Assembly (NCBI GenBank): GCA_018651725.1 | Contig: JABIDK010000005.1 | Location: 64,064 to 128,063 of the forward strand | Length of the DNA: 64,000 nt | Reading direction: 5' to 3' | Origin: Candidatus Falkowbacteria bacterium | GTDB lineage: Bacteria; Patescibacteriota; Patescibacteriia; JAACEG01 | In this document: positions 45,731-56,257 of the stretch, one piece after another | Numbering within the stretch: the first letter of the stretch is position 1 | How the letters are laid out: every line of letters starts with the position of its first letter | Made by a program: the position numbers and the translations under genes | The notes under the pieces: model-generated | Told to the model about the DNA's origin: nothing | Databases searched by the model: none | What the model saw: only the letters and a program-made list of their open reading frames with translations

Positions 45731-47902
45731 ATGGTTATCAAAACTCAAACTAAAGAAAAAATTACTCAAATTCTAAAAAGAGACGGAGTTATCGCTGACT
45801 TTAACACAGCCAAAATCACTAGCGCTATTTTAAAGTCCTTGGAAGAAACTAAAGAAGTGGAAAATTCAAATGAAGTTGCCGAAGAGCTTGCAAAAGAAGC
45901 TATTAATATTTTACACTCCAAGTTTCATGTTCGTTCTATTCCGGCGGTGGAAGAAGTTCAAGATATTGTTGAAGAAGCTTTAATTAAATCAAGACTCATT
46001 AGAACAGCTAAAGCTTATATTTTATACCGTGACCAAAGAGCAAAGTTGCGAGACGTAGAAGACCTTATTGATTCCGGTGAACTTATGGAGAAATATTTAG
46101 AGCAATTGGACTGGCGAGTAAAGGAAAACAGTAATATGAGTTATTCGCTGCAAGGGCTTAACAATCATGTAGCTTCAACTATTTCAGCAAAATATTGGTT
46201 AAACAAAGTTTACCCTCAGCAAATCGGAAATGCTCATGTTGAGGGTGATATTCACATTCATGATCTTCAGCTTTTGGCTCCCTACTGTGCCGGCTGGGAT
46301 TTAAAGGATCTTTTAATGAGAGGTTTCGGCGGAGTTAACGGTAAAGTTGAAGCCAAACCACCAAAGCATTTTCGAACCGCTCTTGGACAAATGGTTAATT
46401 TCTTTTACACTCTTCAGGGTGAGGTTGCAGGAGCTGAAGCATTTTCTAACTTTGATACTTATTTAGCGCCTTTTGTCAGGTACGATAAATTAAACTATAA
46501 AGAAACAAAGCAGGCCTTACAGGAGTTTTTATTTAATGTTAATGTTCCGACTCGAGTTGGTTTTCAAACACCATTTACAAATATCACAATGGATATGTTT
46601 GTTCCAAACATGATTAAAGATGAAAGTGTTATTATCGGTGGTAAACCACAGAACGAAAAATACGGTGAGTTCCAAGAAGAAATGGATATGATCAATAAAG
46701 CTTTTGCCGAGCTAATGATGGAAGGAGACGCGACTGGAAGAGTGTTTACTTTTCCGATTCCAACTTATAATATTACTAAGGATTTTGATTGGGACAGTGA
46801 AGTAATGGAAAAAGTTTTTGAAATGACCGCTAAATACGGAATTCCTTATTTTTCTAACTTTATTAATTCAGATATGAGCCCGGAAGATGCTCGGTCTATG
46901 TGTTGCAGATTACGTTTGGACAATAGAGAGCTGCGAAAAAGAGGCGGAGGACTTTTTGGAGCCAACCCTTTAACCGGATCGATCGGAGTGGTAACTATTA
47001 ATTTACCGAGAATAGGATATCTGGCTAAGAAAAAATATCCTGAGGATATTGAAAAAGCAAAAGAATATTTCTATAAACGTTTAGGCAAGTTTATGGACTT
47101 GTCCAAAGAAAGCTTGGAGATTAAAAGGGAAATTATTGAAAAATTAACTGACGGCGGTCTTTATCCTTACGCTAGACACTATCTGGACGGCATTAAGAAA
47201 AAATTTGATAAATACTGGCAAAATCACTTTGCAACTATTGGTATAAACGGAATGAACGAAGCTATGGTAAATATTCTAGGCAAGAATATCGCTTCAAAAC
47301 AAGGGCAAAAATTAGCGATCGAGGTAATGGATTTTATGAGAGATAAAATGGGAAAATACCAAGATGAAACTAACAATCTTTATAACTTGGAGGCCACTCC
47401 GGCTGAGGGAGTTACCAGAAGATTTGCCAACGTTGATAAAAAGAAATTTAAAGACATAATTGTAGCTAATGAAAAAGAGGTTAATGAAAAAGGCGCTTCT
47501 CCTTACTATACCAACTCTTCTCATTTACCGGTAGATTATTCAGATGATATCTTTGAAGTTTTGGATCTGCAAGACGAGCTGCAAACCAAATACACCGGCG
47601 GAACAGTTGTTCATGGATTTATCGGTGAAAGAATGCCATCGGTTGAGGCCACAAAAAATATGGTTAGAAAAATTGCCGAAAATTATAAACTGCCATATTA
47701 CACAATTACTCCAACTTTTAGTGTTTGTCCAACTCACGGTTACATCACAGGCGAAAAGCCAAAGTGTCCTGATTGTGATGCGGAAACAGAAGTTTACTCC
47801 AGAGTAGTTGGATACCTACGCCCAGTAAAACAATGGAACGACGCTAAACAATCCGAGTTTGAAAAACGCTTGGAATATGCAGCCGACGGCTGCGGATGCT
47901 AA
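45731..47902 (+). CDS. nrdD: Anaerobic ribonucleoside-triphosphate reductase (class III, NrdD)
   Basis: N-terminal ATP-cone. C-terminal Zn-ribbon CPTHGY...CPDC and glycyl-radical motif RVVGYLRPV. Confidence 0.9.
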   Translation: MVIKTQTKEKITQILKRDGVIADFNTAKITSAILKSLEETKEVENSNEVAEELAKEAINILHSKFHVRSIPAVEEVQDIVEEALIKSRLIRTAKAYILYRDQRAKLRDVEDLIDSGELMEKYLEQLDWRVKENSNMSYSLQGLNNHVASTISAKYWLNKVYPQQIGNAHVEGDIHIHDLQLLAPYCAGWDLKDLLMRGFGGVNGKVEAKPPKHFRTALGQMVNFFYTLQGEVAGAEAFSNFDTYLAPFVRYDKLNYKETKQALQEFLFNVNVPTRVGFQTPFTNITMDMFVPNMIKDESVIIGGKPQNEKYGEFQEEMDMINKAFAELMMEGDATGRVFTFPIPTYNITKDFDWDSEVMEKVFEMTAKYGIPYFSNFINSDMSPEDARSMCCRLRLDNRELRKRGGGLFGANPLTGSIGVVTINLPRIGYLAKKKYPEDIEKAKEYFYKRLGKFMDLSKESLEIKREIIEKLTDGGLYPYARHYLDGIKKKFDKYWQNHFATIGINGMNEAMVNILGKNIASKQGQKLAIEVMDFMRDKMGKYQDETNNLYNLEATPAEGVTRRFANVDKKKFKDIIVANEKEVNEKGASPYYTNSSHLPVDYSDDIFEVLDLQDELQTKYTGGTVVHGFIGERMPSVEATKNMVRKIAENYKLPYYTITPTFSVCPTHGYITGEKPKCPDCDAETEVYSRVVGYLRPVKQWNDAKQSEFEKRLEYAADGCGC

Positions 47903-47966
47903 AGTTAGGGGATATTAAAATTAAGTAAACAAGGGCGGGCAGAGTCCCGCCCTTTAATATTATTTT

Positions 47967-48692
47967 ATGCAAATTGCTGGATTACAAAAATTATCATTAA
48001 TAGATTATCCAAATAAAATGGTGGCGGTTGTTTTTACCTTGGGTTGTAACTTTAATTGTTTTTATTGCCATAATCGGGAGTTGATTTTTCCAAATAAATT
48101 TCCCAAAGAAAATTTAATTCAAGAAAAAGAAATATTTGAATTTTTAGGGAAAAGAAAGGGAAAGCTGGACGGAATTTCAATTACCGGCGGAGAGCCAACA
48201 ATGCAAAAAGATTTAAAAGAATTTATTATCAAAGTTAAAGAAATGGGATTTTTAGTAAAGCTGGACAGCAACGGCACCAATCCGGAGATGTTACAAGATT
48301 TAATAAACGAAAAACTGGTTGATTATGTGGCTATGGATATTAAATCCCCGCTTAACTTTGAGGATTACAAAAGAATAACAAAAATAACAAATGAAAAATT
48401 ATTTTCTAAAATTTTGGAAAGTGTAAAGATATTAAGACAAGAAAAAGTTGATTTTGAATTTAGAACTTCTTTGACTAGAGGGCTTTTTAGTAAAGACGAT
48501 ATTAAAAGAATAATTCAAGATATAAAGAATAATAAAATATATTATCTGCAAAACTTTATTAACCCAACAGAAAAATTAGACGAAAACGATAAAAAGATAT
48601 ATAATAAATTACAGCCCTTGAAAAAAGAAGAAATAGAAGAATTTAGATTAGTCGCCGAAGAGTTGGGGCAGAAATGTATTGTTAGGGGATAA
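47967..48692 (+). CDS. nrdG: Anaerobic ribonucleotide reductase activating protein (radical SAM, NrdG)
   Basis: CNFNCFYCHN radical-SAM cluster motif. Immediately downstream of nrdD. Confidence 0.8.
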   Translation: MQIAGLQKLSLIDYPNKMVAVVFTLGCNFNCFYCHNRELIFPNKFPKENLIQEKEIFEFLGKRKGKLDGISITGGEPTMQKDLKEFIIKVKEMGFLVKLDSNGTNPEMLQDLINEKLVDYVAMDIKSPLNFEDYKRITKITNEKLFSKILESVKILRQEKVDFEFRTSLTRGLFSKDDIKRIIQDIKNNKIYYLQNFINPTEKLDENDKKIYNKLQPLKKEEIEEFRLVAEELGQKCIVRG

Positions 48693-48713
48693 TTTTAAAT
48701 AATTTATATTTTT

Positions 48714-49073
48714 ATGCTTAAAAAACAAACAGAAAGTAAAGAAGAAAAAAATATTGCTATGGAAACTCATGACGAAAAGATTGTTCGTCTTCTAGAGGAA
48801 AATTTGGATGTTTCCAAACAGATTTTAACTCATAGCAAAAAAACTCGCCGTTGGATTTTAATTCAAAAAATTAAAGGCTGGTTTTACATTATGTTAATTA
48901 TAGTCCCCTTGATTTTAGCTGTTTTTTACCTTCCGCCAATTTTAGAGAAAACTTTTGAGCAATATCAAACGCTTTGGGGAATGATAACCGGAGCAAACCA
49001 GCAAGATGGTTCAATGGAGCTAGACCAAAAACAACTGGAACAATTAAAATTTTTTTGTAATCAACAAAAATAA
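48714..49073 (+). CDS. Hypothetical protein with one TM helix
   Basis: ORF with a central hydrophobic helix. No motif recognised. Confidence 0.4.
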   Translation: MLKKQTESKEEKNIAMETHDEKIVRLLEENLDVSKQILTHSKKTRRWILIQKIKGWFYIMLIIVPLILAVFYLPPILEKTFEQYQTLWGMITGANQQDGSMELDQKQLEQLKFFCNQQK

Positions 49074-49097
49074 AATTAAAAGATAGTAAAAAATATA

Positions 49098-49126
49098 AAA
49101 TCCCATTAAAATGGGATTTTATTTTC
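49098..49126 (+). terminator. Rho-independent terminator
   Basis: AAATCCCAT-taaa-ATGGGATTT followed by TATTTTCTT. Confidence 0.6.
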
Positions 49127-49161
49127 TTGCTAAAAAACATTTTGTATATTAGACTTATTGT

Positions 49162-50250
49162 ATGTCCATACAAGATTTAAGCCAACAATTTAAAGAATTG
49201 AAAAATAAGATAGCAGAAACTATGAAGCTTCTTAAAATTGATGATAAGAAAACAGAGTTGAAAGTTTTAGATATGGAGATGTCGGAGCAGGGCTTTTGGG
49301 ACAATCAAGATGAGGCGCGGGAAGTTAGTCAAAGGGCAAGTGATTTGCGTGAAGAAATTGAACGCTGGAGTAAGATTAAAAAAGAAACAGAGGAGCTATT
49401 GGGACTAGCTGAGTCAGGAGATGAAGAGTTAAGCGAGCAACTAAAAAAAGAACTTAAAGATAAAGAAAAGGAGTTTGAAAAGTTGGAGTTTTTTGTTTTG
49501 TTTTCCGGCAAGTACGATAAAAATAACGCGATAATGTCAATTCACGCCGGAGCCGGCGGAGTAGATGCTCAGGACTGGTCGGAAATGTTGTTGAGAATGT
49601 ATTTGCGGTTTTGTGAAAAAAAGAATTGGAAAGTGGACATTGTAGATGAATCAAAAGGACAAGAGGCTGGAATAAAAAGTATTACTTTGCACATTAAAGG
49701 ACAAAACGTGTTTGGATTTTTAAAGAGTGAAAACGGCGTTCATCGCTTGGTTAGAATTTCACCATTTGATGCCGAAGCAATGCGACATACTTCTTTTTCT
49801 TTAGTTGATATTTTACCGGAGTTGGGAGACACACAAGAAATTGAAATTAAAGACGATGATTTACGAGTGGAAACTTTTAAAGCCTCCGGTCACGGCGGGC
49901 AAGGAGTTAATACTACGGATTCAGCTGTAAGAATTGTGCATATTCCAACCGATATAAAAGTGGTTTGCAGAAATGAAAGATCACAGTTGCAAAACAAAGA
50001 AACTGCTATGAAGATTTTACGCGCCAAGCTTTTAGAGTACGAGGAAGAAAAAAAAGATAAAGAAAAAAAAGAACTCCGCGGCGAAGTTCAAAAAGCCGAA
50101 TGGGGTAGTCAAATCAGAAGTTATGTCCTACATCCCTACAAAATGGTAAAAGACCACCGCACAAATTTTGAAACTCAAGAAACAGAAAAAGTCCTAGACG
50201 GAGAAGTCGATGAATTTATTGAGGAGTATTTAAAAAGTTTAAAAAAATAA
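49162..50250 (+). CDS. prfB: Peptide chain release factor 2, single uninterrupted frame with no programmed +1 frameshift
   Basis: SPF tripeptide (VRISPFDA) specifies RF2. The GGQ motif is GHGGQGVNTTDS. Confidence 0.85.
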   Translation: MSIQDLSQQFKELKNKIAETMKLLKIDDKKTELKVLDMEMSEQGFWDNQDEAREVSQRASDLREEIERWSKIKKETEELLGLAESGDEELSEQLKKELKDKEKEFEKLEFFVLFSGKYDKNNAIMSIHAGAGGVDAQDWSEMLLRMYLRFCEKKNWKVDIVDESKGQEAGIKSITLHIKGQNVFGFLKSENGVHRLVRISPFDAEAMRHTSFSLVDILPELGDTQEIEIKDDDLRVETFKASGHGGQGVNTTDSAVRIVHIPTDIKVVCRNERSQLQNKETAMKILRAKLLEYEEEKKDKEKKELRGEVQKAEWGSQIRSYVLHPYKMVKDHRTNFETQETEKVLDGEVDEFIEEYLKSLKK

Positions 50251-50260
50251 AGATATTCAT

Positions 50261-51184
50261 ATGAAAATTTTAATTACTGGCGGTGCCGGATTTATTGGGT
50301 CTAGTTTAGCGGATGCCTTAATTGAAAAAGGTGATGATGTTGTGATTGTTGATAATTTGGTTACTGGGAAAAAAGAGTACATAAATTCGCAGGCTAAATT
50401 TTATGAAGTGGATATTTGCTCAACTGAAATTGAAGATATTTTTGCAAAAGAAAAGCCTGATTATGTTTTTCATTTTGCAGCGCAAATCGATGTGAGGAAA
50501 TCAGTTGATGATCCTGTTTTTGATAATAAAGTTAATGCTTTGGGAAGTTTGAATATTTTTCAAACAAGTGCAAAAAATAAAGTTAAGAAAGTTATTTTTG
50601 CCTCAACCGGCGGAGCCTTGTATGGCGATGTAGAGAGTCCGGCAAAAGAAGAAGATTTAATTGAACCCCTTAGCCCGTATGCAATTCATAAATATACCGC
50701 GGAAAGATATTTGGAGTTTTTAAAAGAAGTTCATGGACTTAATTATGCTGTTTTAAGGTTGGCTAATGTTTATGGCATCAGGCAATATAAAGGAGGAGAG
50801 TGTGGAGTGATTGGAATTTTTACTAGCAATGCAGTTGAGAAAAAACAAAGTATAATTTATGGCGATGGCAGTAAAACCAGAGATTATGTTTATATCTCCG
50901 ATGTAGTGAATGCTTTTATTTTAGCAATGAAAAAAGATTGTTCAGGGGTTTTTAACATCGGGACAGAAAAAGAAACAAGCGTTCTAGATATTGTAAAAGC
51001 AATCGAGAATACCACCAAAGAAAAGTTTGACTATAAATGTGAAAACGACAGACCAGGAGAAGTTAAAAGAAGCGTTCTATGTTGTCAAAATGCTCATGAT
51101 CTGTTAGGCTGGAAAGCAGAAGTTGATTTAAAAGAAGGGGCGCAAAAAACTTTAAAGTGGATAGAATCTATAAAAAATATATGA
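50261..51184 (+). CDS. NAD-dependent epimerase/dehydratase (UDP-glucose 4-epimerase-like)
   Basis: [12 protein letters not shown] Rossmann motif and YAIHKYTAE (YxxxK). Confidence 0.75.
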   Translation: MKILITGGAGFIGSSLADALIEKGDDVVIVDNLVTGKKEYINSQAKFYEVDICSTEIEDIFAKEKPDYVFHFAAQIDVRKSVDDPVFDNKVNALGSLNIFQTSAKNKVKKVIFASTGGALYGDVESPAKEEDLIEPLSPYAIHKYTAERYLEFLKEVHGLNYAVLRLANVYGIRQYKGGECGVIGIFTSNAVEKKQSIIYGDGSKTRDYVYISDVVNAFILAMKKDCSGVFNIGTEKETSVLDIVKAIENTTKEKFDYKCENDRPGEVKRSVLCCQNAHDLLGWKAEVDLKEGAQKTLKWIESIKNI

Positions 51185-52131
51185 AAATTTTAATTACCGG
51201 AGGAGCCGGATTTATTGGCTCTAATTTAGCGAAAAAATTAATAGACAGAGGTGATGAAGTTGTGATGGTCGATAATTTTAATGATTATTATGACCCGCAG
51301 TTAAAAGAAGATAGGATTAAAAAGTTTTTAAAAGGTTATGACTTCAAATTGTATCGAGGAGATATTCGCGACTATGATTTACTTAAAGAAATATTCAAAA
51401 AAGAAAAATTAGACAAAGTAATGCATTTTGCGGCTATGGCCGGGGTGCGAAACTCTTTGGAAGACCCATTTTTATATGAAGAGGTTAACATTCGCGGAAC
51501 TTTAAATTTACTAGATTTAGCAGCAAAGCATAAAATTAAAAATTTTGTTTTTGCTTCATCTTCTTCTATTTATGCTCAAAATAAAAAGGTCCCTTTTTCT
51601 GAAGAAGATAGGGTTGATCATCCAATCTCACCTTATGCGGCAACTAAAAAATCAAAAGAATTAATGGCCCATGTTTATAGTCATTTGTACGGTTTAAATG
51701 TGACCGGACTTAGATATTTTACTGTTTATGGACCATGGGGTAGGCCGGATATGTCATATTTTAAATTTGCCGATAAAATGAGAAAAGAGCAACCAATTGA
51801 TGTTTACAATAGAGGTAAAATGAGTAGAAATTTTACTTACATAGATGATATAGTTAGTGGAACCATTAAGGCACTTGATAATCCGGCTAGATATTCAATA
51901 ATGAATATCGGCGGAGACAGAGAGGAGACTTTAATGAGGTTTATTGATGTTCTTGAAGAAAGTCTAGGGACTAAGGCAAAAAAGAACATGTTGCCAATGC
52001 AACCGGGCGATGTCAAATCCACGGTAGCTGATATTTCCAAGTTAAGAGCACTCGGCTGGGCGCCAACTACAAGAATTGAAGAAGGGCTTAAAAATTTTGC
52101 AGATTGGTATAAGGAATATTATAAAGATTAA
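51181..52131 (+). CDS. NAD-dependent epimerase (UDP-glucuronate 4-epimerase-like)
   Basis: [16 protein letters not shown] and YAATKKSKE (YxxxK). YFTVYGPWGRPDM is typical of UDP-GlcA/GlcNAc epimerases. The start is placed at the ATG overlapping the upstream TGA. Confidence 0.7.
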   Translation: MKILITGGAGFIGSNLAKKLIDRGDEVVMVDNFNDYYDPQLKEDRIKKFLKGYDFKLYRGDIRDYDLLKEIFKKEKLDKVMHFAAMAGVRNSLEDPFLYEEVNIRGTLNLLDLAAKHKIKNFVFASSSSIYAQNKKVPFSEEDRVDHPISPYAATKKSKELMAHVYSHLYGLNVTGLRYFTVYGPWGRPDMSYFKFADKMRKEQPIDVYNRGKMSRNFTYIDDIVSGTIKALDNPARYSIMNIGGDREETLMRFIDVLEESLGTKAKKNMLPMQPGDVKSTVADISKLRALGWAPTTRIEEGLKNFADWYKEYYKD

Positions 52132-52142
52132 ATATAATATTT

Positions 52143-53435
52143 ATGAAAATTGCAGTTATTGGGACAGGTTATGTTGGGTTGGTCCAAGGAGTTGGACTAG
52201 CTGAAAAGGGCCACGAAGTGGTCTGTGTTGATATTGATAAGGAGAAAATAGAAAAATTAAAACAAGGCATTAGCCCTATTTATGAGCCTGGCCTGGATGA
52301 ACTGATTGAGAAAAATATAAAAGCCAAGCAATTGTCTTTTAGCACGGATTTAGCATCTTCTATAAATGGAGCCAAGGCTATTTTTATTGGCGTTGGTACT
52401 CCTCAGGGCGAAGGCGGTGCGGCTGATTTAAGTTATGTTTACACGGTTGCTCGTGAGATAGGAGAAAGTATGAAAGAATATTCCGTGATTATAAATAAAA
52501 GCACAGTGCCGGTTGGCTCGGCCAAGAAGGTTGCAGACATTATTAAAGAAAACTATGACAATGAGTTCGATGTTGTTTCTAACCCGGAGTTTTTACGTGA
52601 AGGAATGGCTGTTAGCGATGTAATGAATCCGGATAGAGTTGTAATTGGTACAAACAGCAAAACAGCAAAAAAAATAATGGAGGAAATTTATAAAGATTTT
52701 GACTGTCCAAAAGTTTTCGTAACTCCTGAGAGCGCAGAGTTAATTAAATATGCCTCCAATGCTTTTTTAGCCACAAAAATATCTTTTATCAATGAAATCG
52801 CCGGTATCTGCGAGCGAGTTGGTGCTGATGTTAAAGAGGTAAGTGAAGGAATGGGGCTGGACAAAAGAATAGGAGATAAATTTTTGGAAGCCGGACTTGG
52901 TTACGGCGGATCATGTTTCCCAAAAGACACCAGGGCTTTGCATCAGATTGCCAATTTAAATAACTATGAATTCAAAATTTTAAAGTCAGTAATCGAAGTT
53001 AACAATAATCAGAAAAGATTAATCAGAGAAAAGATTAAAAAGACATTTCCTGATATGCGTGGCAAAATATTTGCTGTTTGGGGTCTTGCCTTTAAACCGG
53101 ACACAGATGATGTTAGAGAGTCCCCGGCAATCAATCTAATCCGTTGGCTTATTGGTCGCGGAGTTAAGGTAAGAGCCTGTGATCCAATCGCTATTGAAAA
53201 TGCAAAAAGTCATTTGCCTCATGAAGTTGAATATTTTGATTCACCATATGATGCAGCTAGTGGAGCTGATGCTGTTGTAGTAATAACTGATTGGAATCAT
53301 TTTAAAGAAATCGATAAAAATTTATTAAAAGAAGTTTTAGGCGAACATAATATTTTTGACGGTCGAAATATTTTTGATCCTAGGGAAATGAAAGAACTTG
53401 GTTTTAATTATCACGGAATTGGAAGAAGGGTTTAG
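52143..53435 (+). CDS. ugd: UDP-glucose 6-dehydrogenase
   Basis: MKIAVIGTGYVGLV NAD-binding motif and catalytic GGSCFPKD. Confidence 0.9.
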   Translation: MKIAVIGTGYVGLVQGVGLAEKGHEVVCVDIDKEKIEKLKQGISPIYEPGLDELIEKNIKAKQLSFSTDLASSINGAKAIFIGVGTPQGEGGAADLSYVYTVAREIGESMKEYSVIINKSTVPVGSAKKVADIIKENYDNEFDVVSNPEFLREGMAVSDVMNPDRVVIGTNSKTAKKIMEEIYKDFDCPKVFVTPESAELIKYASNAFLATKISFINEIAGICERVGADVKEVSEGMGLDKRIGDKFLEAGLGYGGSCFPKDTRALHQIANLNNYEFKILKSVIEVNNNQKRLIREKIKKTFPDMRGKIFAVWGLAFKPDTDDVRESPAINLIRWLIGRGVKVRACDPIAIENAKSHLPHEVEYFDSPYDAASGADAVVVITDWNHFKEIDKNLLKEVLGEHNIFDGRNIFDPREMKELGFNYHGIGRRV

Positions 53436-53464
53436 TAACGATATTGTCACGAAATTTAAAAAAT

Positions 53465-53499
53465 AAAACTCTGCTCTATTGAGCAGAGTTTTATTTTTT
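53465..53499. terminator. Bidirectional rho-independent terminator
   Basis: AACTCTGCTC-tatt-GAGCAGAGTT followed by TTATTTTTT. Confidence 0.7.
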
Positions 53500-53506
53500 A
53501 AAAGGG

Positions 53507-54019
53507 CTATCTGGTTATTAAGAATTTTCTTTTATTTTGACTCATATTAATAAAGCTGTCAGCGGTTGTTATTAGTTTGGCGCTTGATGATTCTTGGAAG
53601 GCGATTATTTCTACTCGACAACCGGTAGTATTTTGGATGTACTCTACCATAGGAATATAATCACCATCACCGGAGGCAAGAACAATAACGTCCAGACTTT
53701 TAGACATTTTAATAGCATCAACAGCGATGCCAACATCCCAGTCTCCTTTTTTTGCTCCGCCTGGAAAAATTTGCAGATCCTTTGTTTTCACTTCAAATCC
53801 TTGATTTTCAAGAGCTTCAAAAAATTTTTCCTCCAAACCCTCCGCTGTTCTTATTCCGTAAGCAATAGCTCTGATAAATTTTCTTCCGGAAACAGACTCT
53901 TCCAGAACTTTGTTAAAATTTACTTTTTTTCCATGGAGAACTTTTCCGCTGTAATAAAGGTTTTGGATGTCAACTAATACTCCGACTCTTTGTTCTTTAA
54001 ATTTAGATATTTTAGGCAT
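53507..54019 (-). CDS. NYN-domain (LabA/DUF88-like) protein
   Basis: VGVLVDIQNLYY...DVIVLASGDGDYIPMVE matches the NYN/LabA nuclease-fold pattern. Confidence 0.65.
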   Translation of the reverse strand: MPKISKFKEQRVGVLVDIQNLYYSGKVLHGKKVNFNKVLEESVSGRKFIRAIAYGIRTAEGLEEKFFEALENQGFEVKTKDLQIFPGGAKKGDWDVGIAVDAIKMSKSLDVIVLASGDGDYIPMVEYIQNTTGCRVEIIAFQESSSAKLITTADSFINMSQNKRKFLITR

Positions 54020-54036
54020 AGTATTTTAGTTTCAAT

Positions 54037-54195
54037 AGACCTATTACATAATAAACTATTACTGCAATCCCCATATTTTGGTAAATTTCTTTGTAAAATT
54101 TTTGACCTATGCTAAGGCATAAGCAAAAAATTTTACAAAGAAATTTCCTCAAAATCTAGGAATTTCGTTACATAGCTTATTATGCAACAGGTCTA
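54037..54195. repeat. Palindromic element, copy 2 (composite). 24-bp arms TAGACCTATTACATAATAAACTAT / ATAGCTTATTATGCAACAGGTCTA, the copy-1 loop in inverted orientation, plus an about 85-bp inner insertion that is itself a 22-bp inverted repeat.
   Basis: 54061-54084 is the reverse complement of the copy-1 loop (24 of 25 nt). The inner AAATTTCTTTGTAAAATTTTTG...CAAAAAATTTTACAAAGAAATTT is palindromic. The element overlaps the last codons of the GT4 gene at 54180-55328. Confidence 0.8.
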
Positions 54196-55328
54196 TTATA
54201 AACTTCCTCGGTTTTTTGGATCATTTGTTCCAAGGTAAATTTATTAATTAGTTTTTTATAGGCATTAGTTGTGAAAATTTCTGCAATTTCTGGTTGCTTT
54301 AAATAGTAAATCGTTTTCTCAGCTATTTTTTTTATTGTTTTAGTTTCCACTTTTCCTTGAACTGACTCAACTAAAAATCCGTTTTCACCATCAGTGATTA
54401 TTTCCGGTACCCCGCCGACTTTGGTGGCAACGATTGGCACTTCAGCAGCCATGGCCTCTAAAATTGCATATGGGAAACCTTCTTTCACCGACGGCAGCAC
54501 GAAAACATCCAGGGCTTTTAAATATCGTGCAGCATTTTTTATTGGCCCGAAAAGAAAATTATTTGTAAGTCTCATTTTTTTAATCTGCTCCTCCAAGGAT
54601 TTTCTTTGCGGTCCATCACCAATTAAAATAAATTTAGCATTATTAAAATCTTGGATAATAATTCCAGCTGCCTCAATCAGCCGATGTAAAGCTTTGGTAG
54701 GGTAGTAATTAGCAATAACCCCGATTACTTTATGATTTTGAGAAAGATTTAATTCACGTCTTGATTCTTCTTTTGATAAAAAATTAATATCATTTAAGTT
54801 AAGGCCATTTTGAATGGTTACAAATTTTTCTTTTGGCGCTATTTTATTTTTAATTCCTATTTGTTTATCTTTTTCACTAATCGCAATAATTTTATTTTTG
54901 TAAATCGCAGAAAATTTTTCCGCGTATAAATATATTTTTTTCTTAATTATATTCATTGGTTCATTAAAAACAAATCCATGAGCAGTGTAAATTACTTTAG
55001 TTTTTAAACCAACGCTACCTAAGCTGCCAATTACCCCGGCTTTAGAGCTGTTAAGATGAATAATGTCTGGTTTAAACATTTTAATAAGTTTACGCATCTC
55101 AAAAACAGCCAAAATATCGTGTAAAGGATCAATTTCTCTTTTTAAATGTTTTAACGGATAATACTCTATTTTTTCTTGCTCTAGTTTTTGAAAAAGAGGA
55201 CTACCAAGTTTCCCGCCCGAGGCCACCATTACTTCATACTTGTCTTTTAAATTACAAGCCAAATCAAGCACATATTTCTGTGCCCCGCCAATTTCCGGCA
55301 AGGTGATAACATAAAGTATTTTTTTCAT
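54180..55328 (-). CDS. Glycosyltransferase family 4
   Basis: EGFPYAILEAMAAEVPIVATKVGGVPEII (GT4 E-x7-E region). Confidence 0.8.
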   Translation of the reverse strand: MKKILYVITLPEIGGAQKYVLDLACNLKDKYEVMVASGGKLGSPLFQKLEQEKIEYYPLKHLKREIDPLHDILAVFEMRKLIKMFKPDIIHLNSSKAGVIGSLGSVGLKTKVIYTAHGFVFNEPMNIIKKKIYLYAEKFSAIYKNKIIAISEKDKQIGIKNKIAPKEKFVTIQNGLNLNDINFLSKEESRRELNLSQNHKVIGVIANYYPTKALHRLIEAAGIIIQDFNNAKFILIGDGPQRKSLEEQIKKMRLTNNFLFGPIKNAARYLKALDVFVLPSVKEGFPYAILEAMAAEVPIVATKVGGVPEIITDGENGFLVESVQGKVETKTIKKIAEKTIYYLKQPEIAEIFTTNAYKKLINKFTLEQMIQKTEEVYNRPVA

Positions 55329-55393
55329 ATTAAAAATTGACTAATTATCTTATTTAAAGGTATAATACAATAAATAATATAAAAATTCAAACT

Positions 55394-56257
55394 ATGAAGA
55401 AAACAATTCTCGTTACCGGAGGAGCTGGGTTTATTGGTTCGTATTTATGCGAGCGTCTTTTGCGTGATGGACATAAAGTTATATCATTAGATAATTATTT
55501 TACCGGCAGCGAAAAAAACCATATTAAAGGAGTGGAATATATTAAAGGTGAAACAAAAGATATAGAAAATTTAATAACTGAAATTCCGGATGTTATTTAT
55601 CATCTTGGCGAATATTCTCGAGTGATGACAAGCTTTGATGATATTGATTTAATTTGGCGACTTAATAAATTTGGAACTTTTAAGGTTCTTGAATTTTGTC
55701 GAAAAAATAATATTAGGCTGATATACGCCGGCTCCAGTACAAAATTTGGCGAATTTAGTGATAATGGCAATGGAAAAGATCAAGCGCCCTATGTCTATTT
55801 TAAATCAACTAATACTGATTTAGTGAATAACTATGGAAAATGGTTTGGGTTAGATTATGCTATTACTTATTTTTATAACGTCTACGGGAACAGAGAAATA
55901 AGTAATGGTAAATATGCCACAGTTATAGGAATTTTTATTAGAAAATATAAAAACAAAGAGTCTTTGACCGTGGTTTCTCCAGGGACACAAAAAAGAGCCT
56001 TTACTCACGTTGACGATACAATAGATGGACTTGTTTTGGTTGGTGAAAAAGGCAACGGTGATGGATATTGCATCGGATCAAATAAAGAATATTCTATTTT
56101 GGATATCGCTAAAATTTTTAATGGAAAAATAGAAATGATTCCGGAAAAAAGAGGCGACAGAAAATTTTCTAAAATAGATTTTACAAAAATGAAAGAACTG
56201 GGTTGGTCTTCCCAAAAAAATGTAGAAGATTATATTAAAGATAAAATAAATGTCTAA
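55394..56257 (+). CDS. NAD-dependent epimerase/dehydratase (UDP-glucuronate decarboxylase-like)
   Basis: [14 protein letters not shown]...[10 protein letters not shown], with YVYFK (YxxxK). Confidence 0.65.
   Translation: MKKTILVTGGAGFIGSYLCERLLRDGHKVISLDNYFTGSEKNHIKGVEYIKGETKDIENLITEIPDVIYHLGEYSRVMTSFDDIDLIWRLNKFGTFKVLEFCRKNNIRLIYAGSSTKFGEFSDNGNGKDQAPYVYFKSTNTDLVNNYGKWFGLDYAITYFYNVYGNREISNGKYATVIGIFIRKYKNKESLTVVSPGTQKRAFTHVDDTIDGLVLVGEKGNGDGYCIGSNKEYSILDIAKIFNGKIEMIPEKRGDRKFSKIDFTKMKELGWSSQKNVEDYIKDKINV

Noticed and set aside
49162-50250. Programmed +1 frameshift in prfB
   Set aside because: The RF2 frame is continuous from ATG to stop with no internal in-frame TGA. No CUU-UGA-C shifty site is present.
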